From IMG/VR virus record IMGVR_UViG_3300028797_000093: a DNA stretch of 64,000 nucleotides. One strand, given 5' to 3'. This stretch comes from a virus (lineage: Duplodnaviria; Caudoviricetes). Position numbers and translations under genes: made by a program. The notes under the pieces are model-generated. The model ran no database searches, had not been told where the DNA came from, and saw only the letters and a program-made list of their open reading frames with translations. This document shows positions 21,393 through 31,631 of this stretch, piece by piece (the stretch's first letter is position 1; the number at the start of each line of letters is the position of its first letter).

Positions 21393-21734
21393 TTATCCTT
21401 TAGTGAATGGATTGGTATCGTCGTCAATAGTATTACTATTATTCCAACCAGCTAGTTGGGAAATGATTTGATGTACACCTGTAGAAGCTAAACCAGATAG
21501 AAGTCCTACTGTAAGAGTAGATAGATATCTAGCATCACCTGTTAGATAGAATGGATCAATAAAGTAAATAATACTGGCAATCAATCCACCCAATAGAGAA
21601 CAGATTACAGGCAGTAGTTTTCTACCCATACTATTCTTAGTCTTACAGATAAAAGCTTTATATAGTTCAGCTAGCAGATAGCACATGATTACAATGAATA
21701 CAGAACTGCTTTCAAATGGAAGTGCGTAACTCAT
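21393..21734 (-). CDS. holin-like membrane protein
   Basis: Three transmembrane segments; LP......G and GL.SGLASTG.HQ motifs typical of Firmicute phage holins. Confidence 0.75.
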   Translation of the reverse strand: MSYALPFESSSVFIVIMCYLLAELYKAFICKTKNSMGRKLLPVICSLLGGLIASIIYFIDPFYLTGDARYLSTLTVGLLSGLASTGVHQIISQLAGWNNSNTIDDDTNPFTKG

Positions 21735-21846
21735 ATCTTAAACCTCCTAACTTTAATAGATTTAATACTTATTATATAGTTAATCTTATTACTACCATTA
21801 ATATTGACATTATAATAAAACTATTTTAAGGAGAGAATATAAATAT

Positions 21847-22458
21847 ATGATAGTACATTCTTCAAAAAATCCTATTATTTTAAAAGAATCTAGAAGATGG
21901 CAATATAAATATGCAGAAAAATTTGGTATAGATCCAAGTGATGTAAAAAGTAGTGCTAAGCTAAATGGTAGAGATTATGATAAGTTAGAAAATAAAGGAT
22001 TACAACACCTAAAAGATCAAGAAAAAGGAAATAAAATATATGCAGGTAAAGGAAAACCTGTATCTGGTGGTAAAGAATACTATAAACCAACAAATTTAGT
22101 TGCAGGTCAAAGAATGACTACAGAAAGAATTACAGTTCCAGAATATATTCCTGGTAAAGAATATGATAAAACTAAACCAAAAGATAAATCTTTTGGATTA
22201 ATTAATTTAAATAGAAGAGTTGATAGCCATGCCTACAGGGATTCAAAAGAAAATAGAAAGAAACTAATTTCAGAATTAATTAATATTAATAGTTTACCAG
22301 AAAATAATCCAGAGAAAATTGCTCTGAAAAAATATTATAGTACAGATGATATAAAGAGACTTATTAATCAACAAAAGAAATTTGATAAGAATAGCAATAA
22401 TAGATTACCAAAAGAGTTTAAACAAGATCCTGGAGAAGAAGGTATTTTACAGAAATAA
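21847..22458 (+). CDS. small basic virion-type protein with NPI signal
   Basis: MIVHSSKNPIILKE. Confidence 0.6.
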   Translation: MIVHSSKNPIILKESRRWQYKYAEKFGIDPSDVKSSAKLNGRDYDKLENKGLQHLKDQEKGNKIYAGKGKPVSGGKEYYKPTNLVAGQRMTTERITVPEYIPGKEYDKTKPKDKSFGLINLNRRVDSHAYRDSKENRKKLISELININSLPENNPEKIALKKYYSTDDIKRLINQQKKFDKNSNNRLPKEFKQDPGEEGILQK

Positions 22459-22503
22459 TATAGAAAATAGGAGTGAGGTAGATTTACCTCACTCCCATTA
22501 ATT

Positions 22504-23037
22504 TTACTTCTTGAGCATCTGACGGAGCAGTGCAACAGCAGCAGATTCCTTGACTTCGCACTCGCCGTTAGCAGCAGCCACATCTACATCAGTGGGCTTC
22601 TTCTCGCCGACGACTACACAAGTCTCTTCTTTCTCTTCGCTCTCACAAGCCTCTTCAGGAAGACCACCGTCGGTCTCTTCGATACCGGCCTCTTCCATGA
22701 TCTTCTTCAGGGACTTGTTGAGGATGTTGGTAGCCTCTAGCTTAGCTTCGACGCTAGCAGTGCTTTCCATAACAGCACCCATGGCCTTTACAAGAATCTG
22801 AGCAGACTCCTTGCAGGTCTCGGCGTCGACTTCGATCTCCTCAGTCTCCTCCTCATCAGCAGGAGCAGGCTCTTCAACCTTCTCTTCTGCTTCTTCACAC
22901 TCACCAGTGAGCTTGCAGAGCAGTTCTTTTACCAGATCAATGGCAGCCTGCTTGGTCTCAGGTGCAACCTCGACCTCAGTTTCTACCTTCTTTTCGATTT
23001 CAGCTTCTTCATTGAGCTTCTTATAACTAAATACCAT
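22504..23037 (-). CDS. acidic, highly expressed prohead core/scaffold-like protein
   Basis: Glu-rich, capsid-like codon bias, repeated KESA motifs. Confidence 0.5.
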   Translation of the reverse strand: MVFSYKKLNEEAEIEKKVETEVEVAPETKQAAIDLVKELLCKLTGECEEAEEKVEEPAPADEEETEEIEVDAETCKESAQILVKAMGAVMESTASVEAKLEATNILNKSLKKIMEEAGIEETDGGLPEEACESEEKEETCVVVGEKKPTDVDVAAANGECEVKESAAVALLRQMLKK

Positions 23038-23067
23038 TTTTAGTAGGCCTCCTAAAATCCTTTTATT

Positions 23068-23229
23068 TTATTTATTGTTTGATTTGGACTTTTTATCGCA
23101 AGCTTTATCAGCAATGCTTTTGGAACTTTTCTTGACAACACTCTGAATGGCAGCTTCTACTAGAGCAGTTGCCTTATCAGAATGTTCTTTCTTAACGGCA
23201 TTTTCATGCACATAAGCAAAAACTGGCAT
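23068..23229 (-). CDS. small protein absent from the ORF track (53 aa)
   Basis: AAGGAG RBS then MPVFAYVHENAVKKEHSDKATALVEAAIQSVVKK... Confidence 0.55.
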   Translation of the reverse strand: MPVFAYVHENAVKKEHSDKATALVEAAIQSVVKKSSKSIADKACDKKSKSNNK

Positions 23230-23371
23230 TCTTAGTATTCTCCTTTATGAAATGATGCTCAATATTATATGACAAAAATCAGTTAATATTGATTTAAGTC
23301 TTTACTAAAAAGTTAAGTCTTATAATCATCAAATCATAAAAAATAATATTATTTGAAGTGATTATGACTAA

Positions 23372-23959
23372 TTAAGACCGTTTCTTACGTAGAGATTTGA
23401 TATCATTATCAACTTCTACCATAAGATCATTATATTTCTTAGTTAGATTCTCATTATCAAACTTAGAGATATCTAGCTTCTTAAGATTACTTTTAATTTT
23501 ATTTAGAGCATCAAAAGCTTCATTAATAGAACTTGATTTAGAATATATAGAAACAGACTTTACGACATTATATACAAAAGATAATACTTCAGTTAGAAGA
23601 ACAATAAATTCTATTGGAATAACTACTGCTCCGAAGATGATAGCTGCAGGAGCAAAGATAATTGCAATAGAGCTTAGAATAAAAATAGCTAAACTGATAA
23701 GTAGCTTTCTTCCCTCTTTAGATGTACTATATTTAGAAAGATCTACATCTAGAGCTTTATAGATCTCTTTAAATGATTTCTCATTTTTGTCGATGAATTC
23801 TTTAACTTCATCTTCATCATCTTTATTCTTAATTTTTACACTACCGTCAATGATCTTTCTAACAGTGGCTTTAATCTCATCTTTCTTTACATTGAGTTTC
23901 TCAAATAGAGCAAACTCATTTAGAATAATAGGATTCTGAGTAGCTTCAACAATTACCAT
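23372..23959 (-). CDS. virion-type membrane protein with NPI signal
   Basis: MVIVEATQNPIILNE; hydrophobic hairpin; paralog of 25352..25906. Confidence 0.6.
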   Translation of the reverse strand: MVIVEATQNPIILNEFALFEKLNVKKDEIKATVRKIIDGSVKIKNKDDEDEVKEFIDKNEKSFKEIYKALDVDLSKYSTSKEGRKLLISLAIFILSSIAIIFAPAAIIFGAVVIPIEFIVLLTEVLSFVYNVVKSVSIYSKSSSINEAFDALNKIKSNLKKLDISKFDNENLTKKYNDLMVEVDNDIKSLRKKRS

Positions 23960-23972
23960 ATTTATTTACCTC

Positions 23973-24326
23973 TTATTTCTTAACAACAGGTACAAGAGCA
24001 GTCTCTTTAGTCTTTTTTTCCTTAGGAGGTTTTACCTCTTTAAATTTAACAGTCTTAGCATCCTTAAACTTATCTTTAAGTTCTTTATTTTCTTTTGGTT
24101 TACCTTGTACACTCTTATCAACATTGATAAAGCTGCCATTATCAATATCTTCAATCATCTGCTTGGCATCTTTACCTTTGAGTACTCTCTTATTCTTCAC
24201 ATCAATAATAGTAGGGTTATATTTCTTAAGAGGATTACCAGAAAAGTCTGGAGTATTCTTAAGAATCTTACCCATTAAAGATTCATTAATAACAATAGGA
24301 TTATCTTTAGCTTTTACATATCCCAT
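23973..24326 (-). CDS. small basic protein with NPI signal
   Basis: MGYVKAKDNPIVINE. Confidence 0.6.
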   Translation of the reverse strand: MGYVKAKDNPIVINESLMGKILKNTPDFSGNPLKKYNPTIIDVKNKRVLKGKDAKQMIEDIDNGSFINVDKSVQGKPKENKELKDKFKDAKTVKFKEVKPPKEKKTKETALVPVVKK

Positions 24327-24421
24327 ATATCTATAACTCTCCTTAATCTGTGGATTTATTAATATGTGAATAAGAAAGGGATAAGATCATAAAAGATCTT
24401 ACCCCTAATAATATTACTTCT

Positions 24422-25222
24422 CTAGAAACTATCGCACTTCTCGATAGCCTTTTCGAGAGTAGCATCAATCTTATCCAGCTCTTCATCAGTAAACTTAGTC
24501 TTCTGGCTGCTGGTATAAGTGATAATACCAGTAGAAAGAGGCCAAGGAGCTAGCAGGAACAGTAGCCATTCGGGAACTTCCCAATAATGCTTTCCATCAG
24601 GCAGTTTCTTCTTGCCCCTAGCAGCTTTGATGAGAGCACGAGCTTTTACATACTGGTCTTTCAGTTTCTTAACTTTCTTCTCATCATCTTCTTCAATAGC
24701 CTTATCAAGATCATACTCGGCTTTTACTTCAGCCTTTTCAATAGACTTATCCTGATAACGGCCTTCCTTAAGAACCTGCTCAATGAGCTTTACAGCAGCT
24801 TCATGAGTAGCTTCCTTTTCTTTTACAAAGAACTCTTCGACTTTGGCATGAGCCTTCTCTAGAGACTCTCCCATCTTCTCAAGTTCATCCTTTGTAAACT
24901 TGGTTTTACGACTGCTCATATAAGCAGTAATAGCAGCACCAACGGGAGAAAGAACAATAGTGGACAGAACAGCGAGAATCCATTCAGGAGCTTCCCAGTA
25001 CTTTCCATTTGCAACATATTTCAGGGTTTTGGCTTCTTCGATATACTTCAGAGCTTTTTCATATTTAGCTCTTAGATCACGAAGCTTCTTGATGTCTTTG
25101 TTTTTGAGGGCAGTTTCCAGATCATCTTTAACAGACTTATCTGCAACTTCGATATCTTTATCATGGAAACGGCCTTCATTTAGTACCTTGTTAATTAGCT
25201 TAACAGCTTTCTCACTAGCCAT
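24422..25222 (-). CDS. virion-type protein made of two internal repeats
   Basis: Two copies of AVKLI..VL.EGR..DK.IE...YWE.PEW....KTKFT..EL.K. Confidence 0.7.
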   Translation of the reverse strand: MASEKAVKLINKVLNEGRFHDKDIEVADKSVKDDLETALKNKDIKKLRDLRAKYEKALKYIEEAKTLKYVANGKYWEAPEWILAVLSTIVLSPVGAAITAYMSSRKTKFTKDELEKMGESLEKAHAKVEEFFVKEKEATHEAAVKLIEQVLKEGRYQDKSIEKAEVKAEYDLDKAIEEDDEKKVKKLKDQYVKARALIKAARGKKKLPDGKHYWEVPEWLLFLLAPWPLSTGIITYTSSQKTKFTDEELDKIDATLEKAIEKCDSF

Positions 25223-25351
25223 AATATATAATACTCTCCTTCTTAATTAGAATACGAATAATCAATGTTTATATTTATTAATTTGTTATAATATATAAAA
25301 ATAAGTTAATGAGAAAAAGGAGTAGTATGAATTCATACTACTCTATTAATT

Positions 25352-25906
25352 TTAATTATCTCTAGCTCCAACCTGATCTAGAGTATTTTCCATTTCATCC
25401 ATCAGCTTTACAAATCTCTCTTGAAGATTCTTATTTTTGATTTTCTTGATATCTACTTTTTTCATTTCTTTATAAATCTTCTTAACAGCATTTATAGCTG
25501 TTGACATTTTACTACTATTATCTACATTTTTAATGAGAACTAGGATAGATTCAAGAAGAGCAATACAAGAAACAATCAATCCAGCAATAGGATTAATTGC
25601 AACAAGTACACCAGATACTATTACTAGTCCAATAGTAATTATAAAATCATTAATACTAGTCTTCTCTTTATAAAGCTTTTCTACATCTACACGTAGAGCT
25701 TTATTTAACTTATTAAGATCATTCTCATGATCATTCATCCAAGAATCTAGCTCTTTTTGGTTTTCAGGATCCTTGATCTTAAGATCACCAGATAAAATAC
25801 CTGTAATTTTATCTTTTACAGCATCAATTTTAGTTTTTACTAACAGAACTGATGCTGCTTCATTTAGTATAATTGGGTTATTATGTGCAGATTCAATAAT
25901 AATCAT
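25352..25906 (-). CDS. virion-type membrane protein with NPI signal
   Basis: MIIIESAHNNPIILNE; paralog of 23372..23959. Confidence 0.6.
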   Translation of the reverse strand: MIIIESAHNNPIILNEAASVLLVKTKIDAVKDKITGILSGDLKIKDPENQKELDSWMNDHENDLNKLNKALRVDVEKLYKEKTSINDFIITIGLVIVSGVLVAINPIAGLIVSCIALLESILVLIKNVDNSSKMSTAINAVKKIYKEMKKVDIKKIKNKNLQERFVKLMDEMENTLDQVGARDN

Positions 25907-26078
25907 TATTCTATAACTCTCCTTATTCTATAAAGTATTAATAATATGTCATATATAAAAAATAGAGTAGGAAATAAACCTACTCTATTTCTATATATTA
26001 TTACTCGTTAAGGAGAGTATAATGAATAAAAAGAAATAAAAGTTGAGGTACTCTACATAGAGTACCTCATGTATATAT

Positions 26079-26738
26079 TTATTTAAAATATTGTTTATAT
26101 TTAGGAGACTGAGTAATATTTGAGATACTAATATATCCAGAATATTTACTAATATCAATATCTACTTTACCATATCCTAATTTAGATAATTCATTTTCAA
26201 TATCAAGCATTGCTTGACCTGACTGTTTCTGGAATTCAACATCTTTTACTAGATCATTATAAATATCATTATAAGTTTTTGTATTATTTTTTGAATACAT
26301 AATTTCATCAATAGCGTAATCTAATTCAATATTTCCAATTTCAAAAGCATTATTATAACTATTTACATATGAATCTTTTTTAGATTCATCATTTAGGTAT
26401 ACATAAATAAATTCATTAAAATTAATCATATCATTTAATTCAACGATATAATTTAGATCAGTAATACTAAACATATCCTTTACTTTAGGATATTTGGTTA
26501 GAATTTTATTTAATGCTTTTTCTATATCATTTAGCATTTTACTAATAAAAGCTTTATATTTATTCTGTTCTTCAGAAGAAAGTTTTGGAATTCTTTGCAT
26601 ATATTCTTCAAACTCCTGTTTTGAATTATCTACAGTAACAGGAGTGGTTTTATTGTCTTTATTTAAAGACTTTTTATTTCTTCTAAAACCAAATAGTTCA
26701 TTCAATATAATAGGACTCTTAGAACTATGTATAATCAT
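26079..26738 (-). CDS. virion-type protein with NPI-like signal
   Basis: MIIHSSKSPIILNE. Confidence 0.6.
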   Translation of the reverse strand: MIIHSSKSPIILNELFGFRRNKKSLNKDNKTTPVTVDNSKQEFEEYMQRIPKLSSEEQNKYKAFISKMLNDIEKALNKILTKYPKVKDMFSITDLNYIVELNDMINFNEFIYVYLNDESKKDSYVNSYNNAFEIGNIELDYAIDEIMYSKNNTKTYNDIYNDLVKDVEFQKQSGQAMLDIENELSKLGYGKVDIDISKYSGYISISNITQSPKYKQYFK

Positions 26739-26820
26739 CTTATATATTCTCCTTATTAGTAATCTTATTATTATGTAAAATAGAATTACCCATATACCTA
26801 AAGAGGTATATGGGTTTATA

Positions 26821-27126
26821 TTATGCTTTATTGAAAGAGACTTTAATTCTGTTTTTGTTCATCATCATCTGGAGAAGATATTTACAATCATATGCTTGCA
26901 TGACAGTACCATTGAGATAATTATACAGTTTAGATGCATCTTCATGAGTTTCCATTAAGAGTTCAAACTGTATTTTATCCCCCTTATCATCCAACACTAG
27001 AACGTCAATATCATCTCTTCTACCTATTATATTATATAGTGCCATAACTTCATCAAAGTACTTCTTCAATATATTGATTAAGTTATTTGTATCAATGTTT
27101 TTTGCAAATTCTGGAGCTGAAATCAA
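26821..27126 (-). CDS. hypothetical protein
   Basis: AGGAGG RBS, coupled to the upstream ORF. Confidence 0.55.
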   Translation of the reverse strand: MISAPEFAKNIDTNNLINILKKYFDEVMALYNIIGRRDDIDVLVLDDKGDKIQFELLMETHEDASKLYNYLNGTVMQAYDCKYLLQMMMNKNRIKVSFNKA

Positions 27127-27130
27127 ATCA

Positions 27131-27340
27131 TCAACCTCCTTCTTCTATCATATCTACAATATCTTCTATATTAGAAGGGGATTGAATTGGTTGTTGCTGC
27201 TGTCTTCTATTATTATTTTTTGCTTCTTCTTGTTCCTTCTTTTTATTTTCTTCATCAGCTTGGATCTGAAGGAGATTTTGATTGTAAGCACTCCTAACAA
27301 ATTCCTGAAAGAGTTCTACAGGGGCATTGAATAAATCCAT
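27131..27340 (-). CDS. tail/baseplate assembly chaperone-like segment, possibly reached by -1 frameshift
   Basis: Frame is open from 27433 and overlaps the end of 27388..29196. Confidence 0.45.
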   Translation of the reverse strand: MDLFNAPVELFQEFVRSAYNQNLLQIQADEENKKKEQEEAKNNNRRQQQQPIQSPSNIEDIVDMIEEGG

Positions 27341-27387
27341 AATATTTATTCTACCCCTGTAGAAGCTTACTATACTTTCACAAATGT

Positions 27388-29196
27388 TTAGGTAGCTGCG
27401 ATAGCTCCGAGCTGATGCCGTGTAAAAAGCAGTTCATCTGCAGTGGCAGACTCAGCTTCAATCTTAGTTCCACACTTAGGACATGTGCACTCAGGAACCT
27501 GATAGGTAATAATAATATTATCATTATCCATTTTCCTGATATGACCCAATAGAGTAATATATTCATCAGAGGAAAGAGAATTGATGATATTATAACATAC
27601 TCTAATCTTATTGGCAATAGTCTTAGTCTGATCGTTTGCTACAGGCTTAAAGTCTACTGGAATAAGCTCTTCATTTTCTCCATCAATGAAGTAAATCTCA
27701 TCAATGAAAGAATAAATATCAATTAGGTCAGCATACTTCTCCAGGAATTGCTGACTTAGAGATGCAGCCTCAATAACAACAGACCAAATTGTTGGCATAG
27801 TGAGACTTACAGCATAATTATCAGAGATCTGAACTAGATCATTTTCAATCTCGTGATTTCTCGTTGTAGTATCATGCTCAAAGATCTTCTTTACAAGACT
27901 TTCAGCATCATCATTTACATACTTAATCATATCATCAATATTAATATCTGCAATAAAAGTATGTTTACACTTTGGATTAGTGCATTCTCTATTCATAAAG
28001 TTATTTTTTCCAAAGGTAGCTTTATAAATGCAAAAATAATAATGCTCCAGATCATGATATGGAGTGGTCTTAAGCCAAGCTTCAAACTCAGGCTTATTGT
28101 TATCAATAATATGATCATAGATAATTCTATAGATATCTCTGTAAGTATTCAATCTATTTCTATTGCTATTTCTAGGATCAAGTTTAATAATCTCAGTACC
28201 ACTGATAGCACTACAAGAGATAGATCTCCTAGATACAGGAAGTACCCAGTCAGCAATATTAGTCTCTGCCTTAGTAATCTTCATAATAGAACTAATACTG
28301 ACAGGCTTCTTCTTAATCTTAAACCTCTCTAGATCAAATTTCTTAATTGGATTAATATTGTTCTTGATCTGAGTCTTGATCTCATCGACAACTTTCTGTC
28401 TATCTTCTTCAGACATATCCTCAAGATCAGGAGCATCAGGAGTTTCATCTTCATCAGAAGAATATGAATCCCCATCTTCTTCATCTACATCATCTTTAAA
28501 GATATCATCTTCCTCATCGGCAAGATCTTCAAGAATAGTATTTGTACTATTCTTATATTCTTCATATTCATCTTTCTCTTCAACAGGAGCTACAGGTTCC
28601 TGTTTCTTTTCTTCTACAACAGGAGTTTTCTTCTTAGAGCTATGAGCCCTTACAAACTCCTCATCAACATCATCTTCGTTCTCTTCAAGAGAACCTGCTT
28701 CATCATCCTTAAAGAGATCATCAAATTCAGAAGATGTTTGTCCTTCAGGAGCATCAGGTACATTGGAAGCACCATCAACAGGATCTACACCCATTTCAAA
28801 TGCTTCTTCCTGAGCTTCCTCAATAATTCCTTCATGAAGTTCTTGAGTCTGTCTCTTTGTTCTCTCAAGAGCTTCATCCAGCTGATCAAACAGAGCATTC
28901 TCCATTGTAGGACCCTGGAGATCTTCATCCTTAGCAGCAAATACTTTAGGATTAATAGGATTCAGGTCAGCAAGACTGATAGCTTTCTGACTTGGAACTG
29001 ACTGAGTGACAGGTACAAAAGTCTTAAACTCATTAGCTGCCTTTTCAGCAGCTTCTTCTACTTTCTTCTCAAGATCCAGCTTAGGAATATCTTCTACGTT
29101 ATCATATACTGGTGATCTACGAACACCTCTATATTCCTTAGCTGCTTTTTCAGTTCTATTGTCCGATTCTGGTGGTGTAATTTTCTTTGTTGCCAT
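27388..29196 (-). CDS. baseplate hub/tail assembly protein (T4 gp26-like) with acidic N-terminal extension
   Basis: C....C and C-terminal CPKCG zinc motifs; next to a gp25-like gene. Confidence 0.55.
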   Translation of the reverse strand: MATKKITPPESDNRTEKAAKEYRGVRRSPVYDNVEDIPKLDLEKKVEEAAEKAANEFKTFVPVTQSVPSQKAISLADLNPINPKVFAAKDEDLQGPTMENALFDQLDEALERTKRQTQELHEGIIEEAQEEAFEMGVDPVDGASNVPDAPEGQTSSEFDDLFKDDEAGSLEENEDDVDEEFVRAHSSKKKTPVVEEKKQEPVAPVEEKDEYEEYKNSTNTILEDLADEEDDIFKDDVDEEDGDSYSSDEDETPDAPDLEDMSEEDRQKVVDEIKTQIKNNINPIKKFDLERFKIKKKPVSISSIMKITKAETNIADWVLPVSRRSISCSAISGTEIIKLDPRNSNRNRLNTYRDIYRIIYDHIIDNNKPEFEAWLKTTPYHDLEHYYFCIYKATFGKNNFMNRECTNPKCKHTFIADINIDDMIKYVNDDAESLVKKIFEHDTTTRNHEIENDLVQISDNYAVSLTMPTIWSVVIEAASLSQQFLEKYADLIDIYSFIDEIYFIDGENEELIPVDFKPVANDQTKTIANKIRVCYNIINSLSSDEYITLLGHIRKMDNDNIIITYQVPECTCPKCGTKIEAESATADELLFTRHQLGAIAAT

Positions 29197-29203
29197 ATCC
29201 TTG

Positions 29204-29590
29204 TTATCCTCCCATGATTTCGTTTAGAGATCTATAGTCTGTATTAATTCTAAAAGCTTCATCTACAGAAATCATATATACAGTCTTATTGAAAGTAGCT
29301 GTGATATAATACATTCTTTGAAACTCTCTTACATTAATAACTATACCAGTCAATACTGGTATATACTTAGTAATCTGATTTTGGAAATCTCTCTGCAGTT
29401 CATCTGCATGTCCCAAAAAACTATATCTATATTTAGATACAATACCAACACCCATTTCAGGATGTGTATCAAAAGTATTAGGTTCTAACAGTAGTAATTG
29501 AACCAATAATTTACAAACTGCATCAGGACCTGATTTAACCTCAGGTTCCAGAAAAGTGTTTACAGATAATGTATATTCATTTAGAGCCAA
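29204..29590 (-). CDS. baseplate wedge gp25/GPW-like protein
   Basis: 128 aa with LLL.EP.T...HPEMGVGI motif. Confidence 0.6.
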   Translation of the reverse strand: MALNEYTLSVNTFLEPEVKSGPDAVCKLLVQLLLLEPNTFDTHPEMGVGIVSKYRYSFLGHADELQRDFQNQITKYIPVLTGIVINVREFQRMYYITATFNKTVYMISVDEAFRINTDYRSLNEIMGG

Positions 29591-29729
29591 TTGAATATCA
29601 ACTCCTCTCTTCTAATTATATTACCAAATTGTTTAGTGAATTAAAAAATTATAAGAGATAAAAATAATATATGAAATTAGTATTAGATTATATATCATAA
29701 GATAGAAATTTAATAATGGAGGAAACGTA

Positions 29730-30575
29730 ATGAATGATTTAACTGATAATATTAAACAGACATACGTTTGTACAGAATGTAATCATAGTGTATCTTTTAA
29801 TATCAGTAATAGTTTAAATATAACTGATGAGAATGGCAATGATATTGATCCTAAATATAAAATTGATATTCTTAAAGACTATATTCGTAATGATATTATT
29901 AGTGGAAAATATGTAGATGTATTTTGCCCCAAATGTGGATATTCTATGAAGCCTATTAGATCTAAGTTTATTACTATATATAAAGCTTTTAATAGAAAAG
30001 GATATAATGTAGATACAGATCCGAGTTCTGATACTGTATATTGGTATAACTATAAAGAAAATAAACGGGTTGAAGTTAAAGCAAATATTGTAATTTTCAA
30101 TATTCATGATATTCTATATGATATTTTCTATAGACTATTTTATCTTCCATCATTTGAAAATAATAAAAAGAAGCTTACAGAAGAGAATTTTAAATTCTTA
30201 TATGATGATATTGCCAATGGTTTTTGTAAACCCTTTAAACAAGATCCTAAACATAAAGTAAAATATGATGATCTTATAGAAGGATATATTGAAACGATAT
30301 TAGATATTATGATTGATCACCTACTCAATCATCCTATTAGATTCTTTGAATTGCTTAACTTTAAAGAAGAAGAAGAGTTTAATAATCAGCTCACCCCATA
30401 TAATTATCAACCTCGCATAGAAGAAGATATTATTACTGTAACTTGTGAAACTAATAAAACTCTTCTAGAATTGTGTAAGAAACTTCCTAATCTGAGAGAC
30501 ATAAATGAAGTAGTTGATCTATTCAGGAAGTGGATTCCTATGTATGAAGAAGACTTTAGAAAAGATTATTTCTAA
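29730..30575 (+). CDS. zinc-ribbon protein
   Basis: CTEC...CPKC...NRKGY; similar to 37035..37901. Confidence 0.65.
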   Translation: MNDLTDNIKQTYVCTECNHSVSFNISNSLNITDENGNDIDPKYKIDILKDYIRNDIISGKYVDVFCPKCGYSMKPIRSKFITIYKAFNRKGYNVDTDPSSDTVYWYNYKENKRVEVKANIVIFNIHDILYDIFYRLFYLPSFENNKKKLTEENFKFLYDDIANGFCKPFKQDPKHKVKYDDLIEGYIETILDIMIDHLLNHPIRFFELLNFKEEEEFNNQLTPYNYQPRIEEDIITVTCETNKTLLELCKKLPNLRDINEVVDLFRKWIPMYEEDFRKDYF

Positions 30576-30634
30576 TAATAAAAATAAAGGAGTAACCTAT
30601 TATGGTTACCCCTTTATTTTTTCTATATTAAATT

Positions 30635-31024
30635 TTATTTCTTTCTACTGTGGAATAGTCTTCTTAGAAAACTCAGTATATTATTTCTAATATATCTGAT
30701 TTTCTTATCGCTAAAGAATAGTTGTGAATACTTTTCATTTTCTATGTATATGGATACTGTAGAAGGAGAATGGTCAATTACATTAGACACATTGTTGAGA
30801 TTGAATGAAGTTATATGACACATATCTGTATAGTTATTTTTATCACATTCACAAACTATATATAGAGTACGTATCATATAATATTGAAATACTCCATTTT
30901 TGGTCCTTTTATATATCCTCTTAAAAAAGAAATTATCACCATCTGATTTTATCTCATATACATAGTTCATTGAAGATATTCTATTAAGAATATCATTAAT
31001 TTCTTCCCTGGTATAAGTCTTCAA
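30635..31024 (-). CDS. hypothetical protein
   Basis: ORF only. Confidence 0.45.
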   Translation of the reverse strand: MKTYTREEINDILNRISSMNYVYEIKSDGDNFFFKRIYKRTKNGVFQYYMIRTLYIVCECDKNNYTDMCHITSFNLNNVSNVIDHSPSTVSIYIENEKYSQLFFSDKKIRYIRNNILSFLRRLFHSRKK

Positions 31025-31148
31025 TATGTATATTAAACCACCTTTCTCTTACTACTTATACAGAAATAAGCGATTTGGTGAGTTTATCTATTGCTATTAT
31101 GTTATAAAAAAGAAAGTAATAGACGTTAATCTATTACTTTCTATAATA

Positions 31149-31625
31149 TTACCAAGACATCTTAAATATCATTCCATCCTGCCAAGCTTCAATGAAAGTA
31201 TTAAAGGCTTCTACTCCTTTAAACTTATCATCAAAGTATCTGGCTTGAGGATATTTATCTTTAAAATCAATATATTTCTTCATAGCATTTATCATACCCT
31301 TCTTTGTAGTACAAATACATGTAGTGGGTTTCTTATGATAAAAGAATTTATTAGTAAAGAACCATCCTTGTCTATATCGTACTATATCACAAGCAATATA
31401 TTGCATCTTTCCAAATTCATCATCATATAATGTATTCCAATCTAATTTATCAAGAAGCTTCTTATATCTATGATAAGACTTATACCCCTTAAACATACGA
31501 AGCTCATCACTTTTTATGAGAAATGAACTTTCATTAAGACTCATTATTTCCCAATTAAACAGAGCATCAAAAGAACTAAAGAGTTTATCATACTTAGGTT
31601 TTAAAAGAACCATGTAAGCACTCAT
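31149..31625 (-). CDS. hypothetical protein, paralog of 31632..32096
   Basis: Shared C-terminal T.K..M......Y...W..GM.F.M. Confidence 0.65.
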   Translation of the reverse strand: MSAYMVLLKPKYDKLFSSFDALFNWEIMSLNESSFLIKSDELRMFKGYKSYHRYKKLLDKLDWNTLYDDEFGKMQYIACDIVRYRQGWFFTNKFFYHKKPTTCICTTKKGMINAMKKYIDFKDKYPQARYFDDKFKGVEAFNTFIEAWQDGMIFKMSW

Positions 31626-31631
31626 GTTAAT

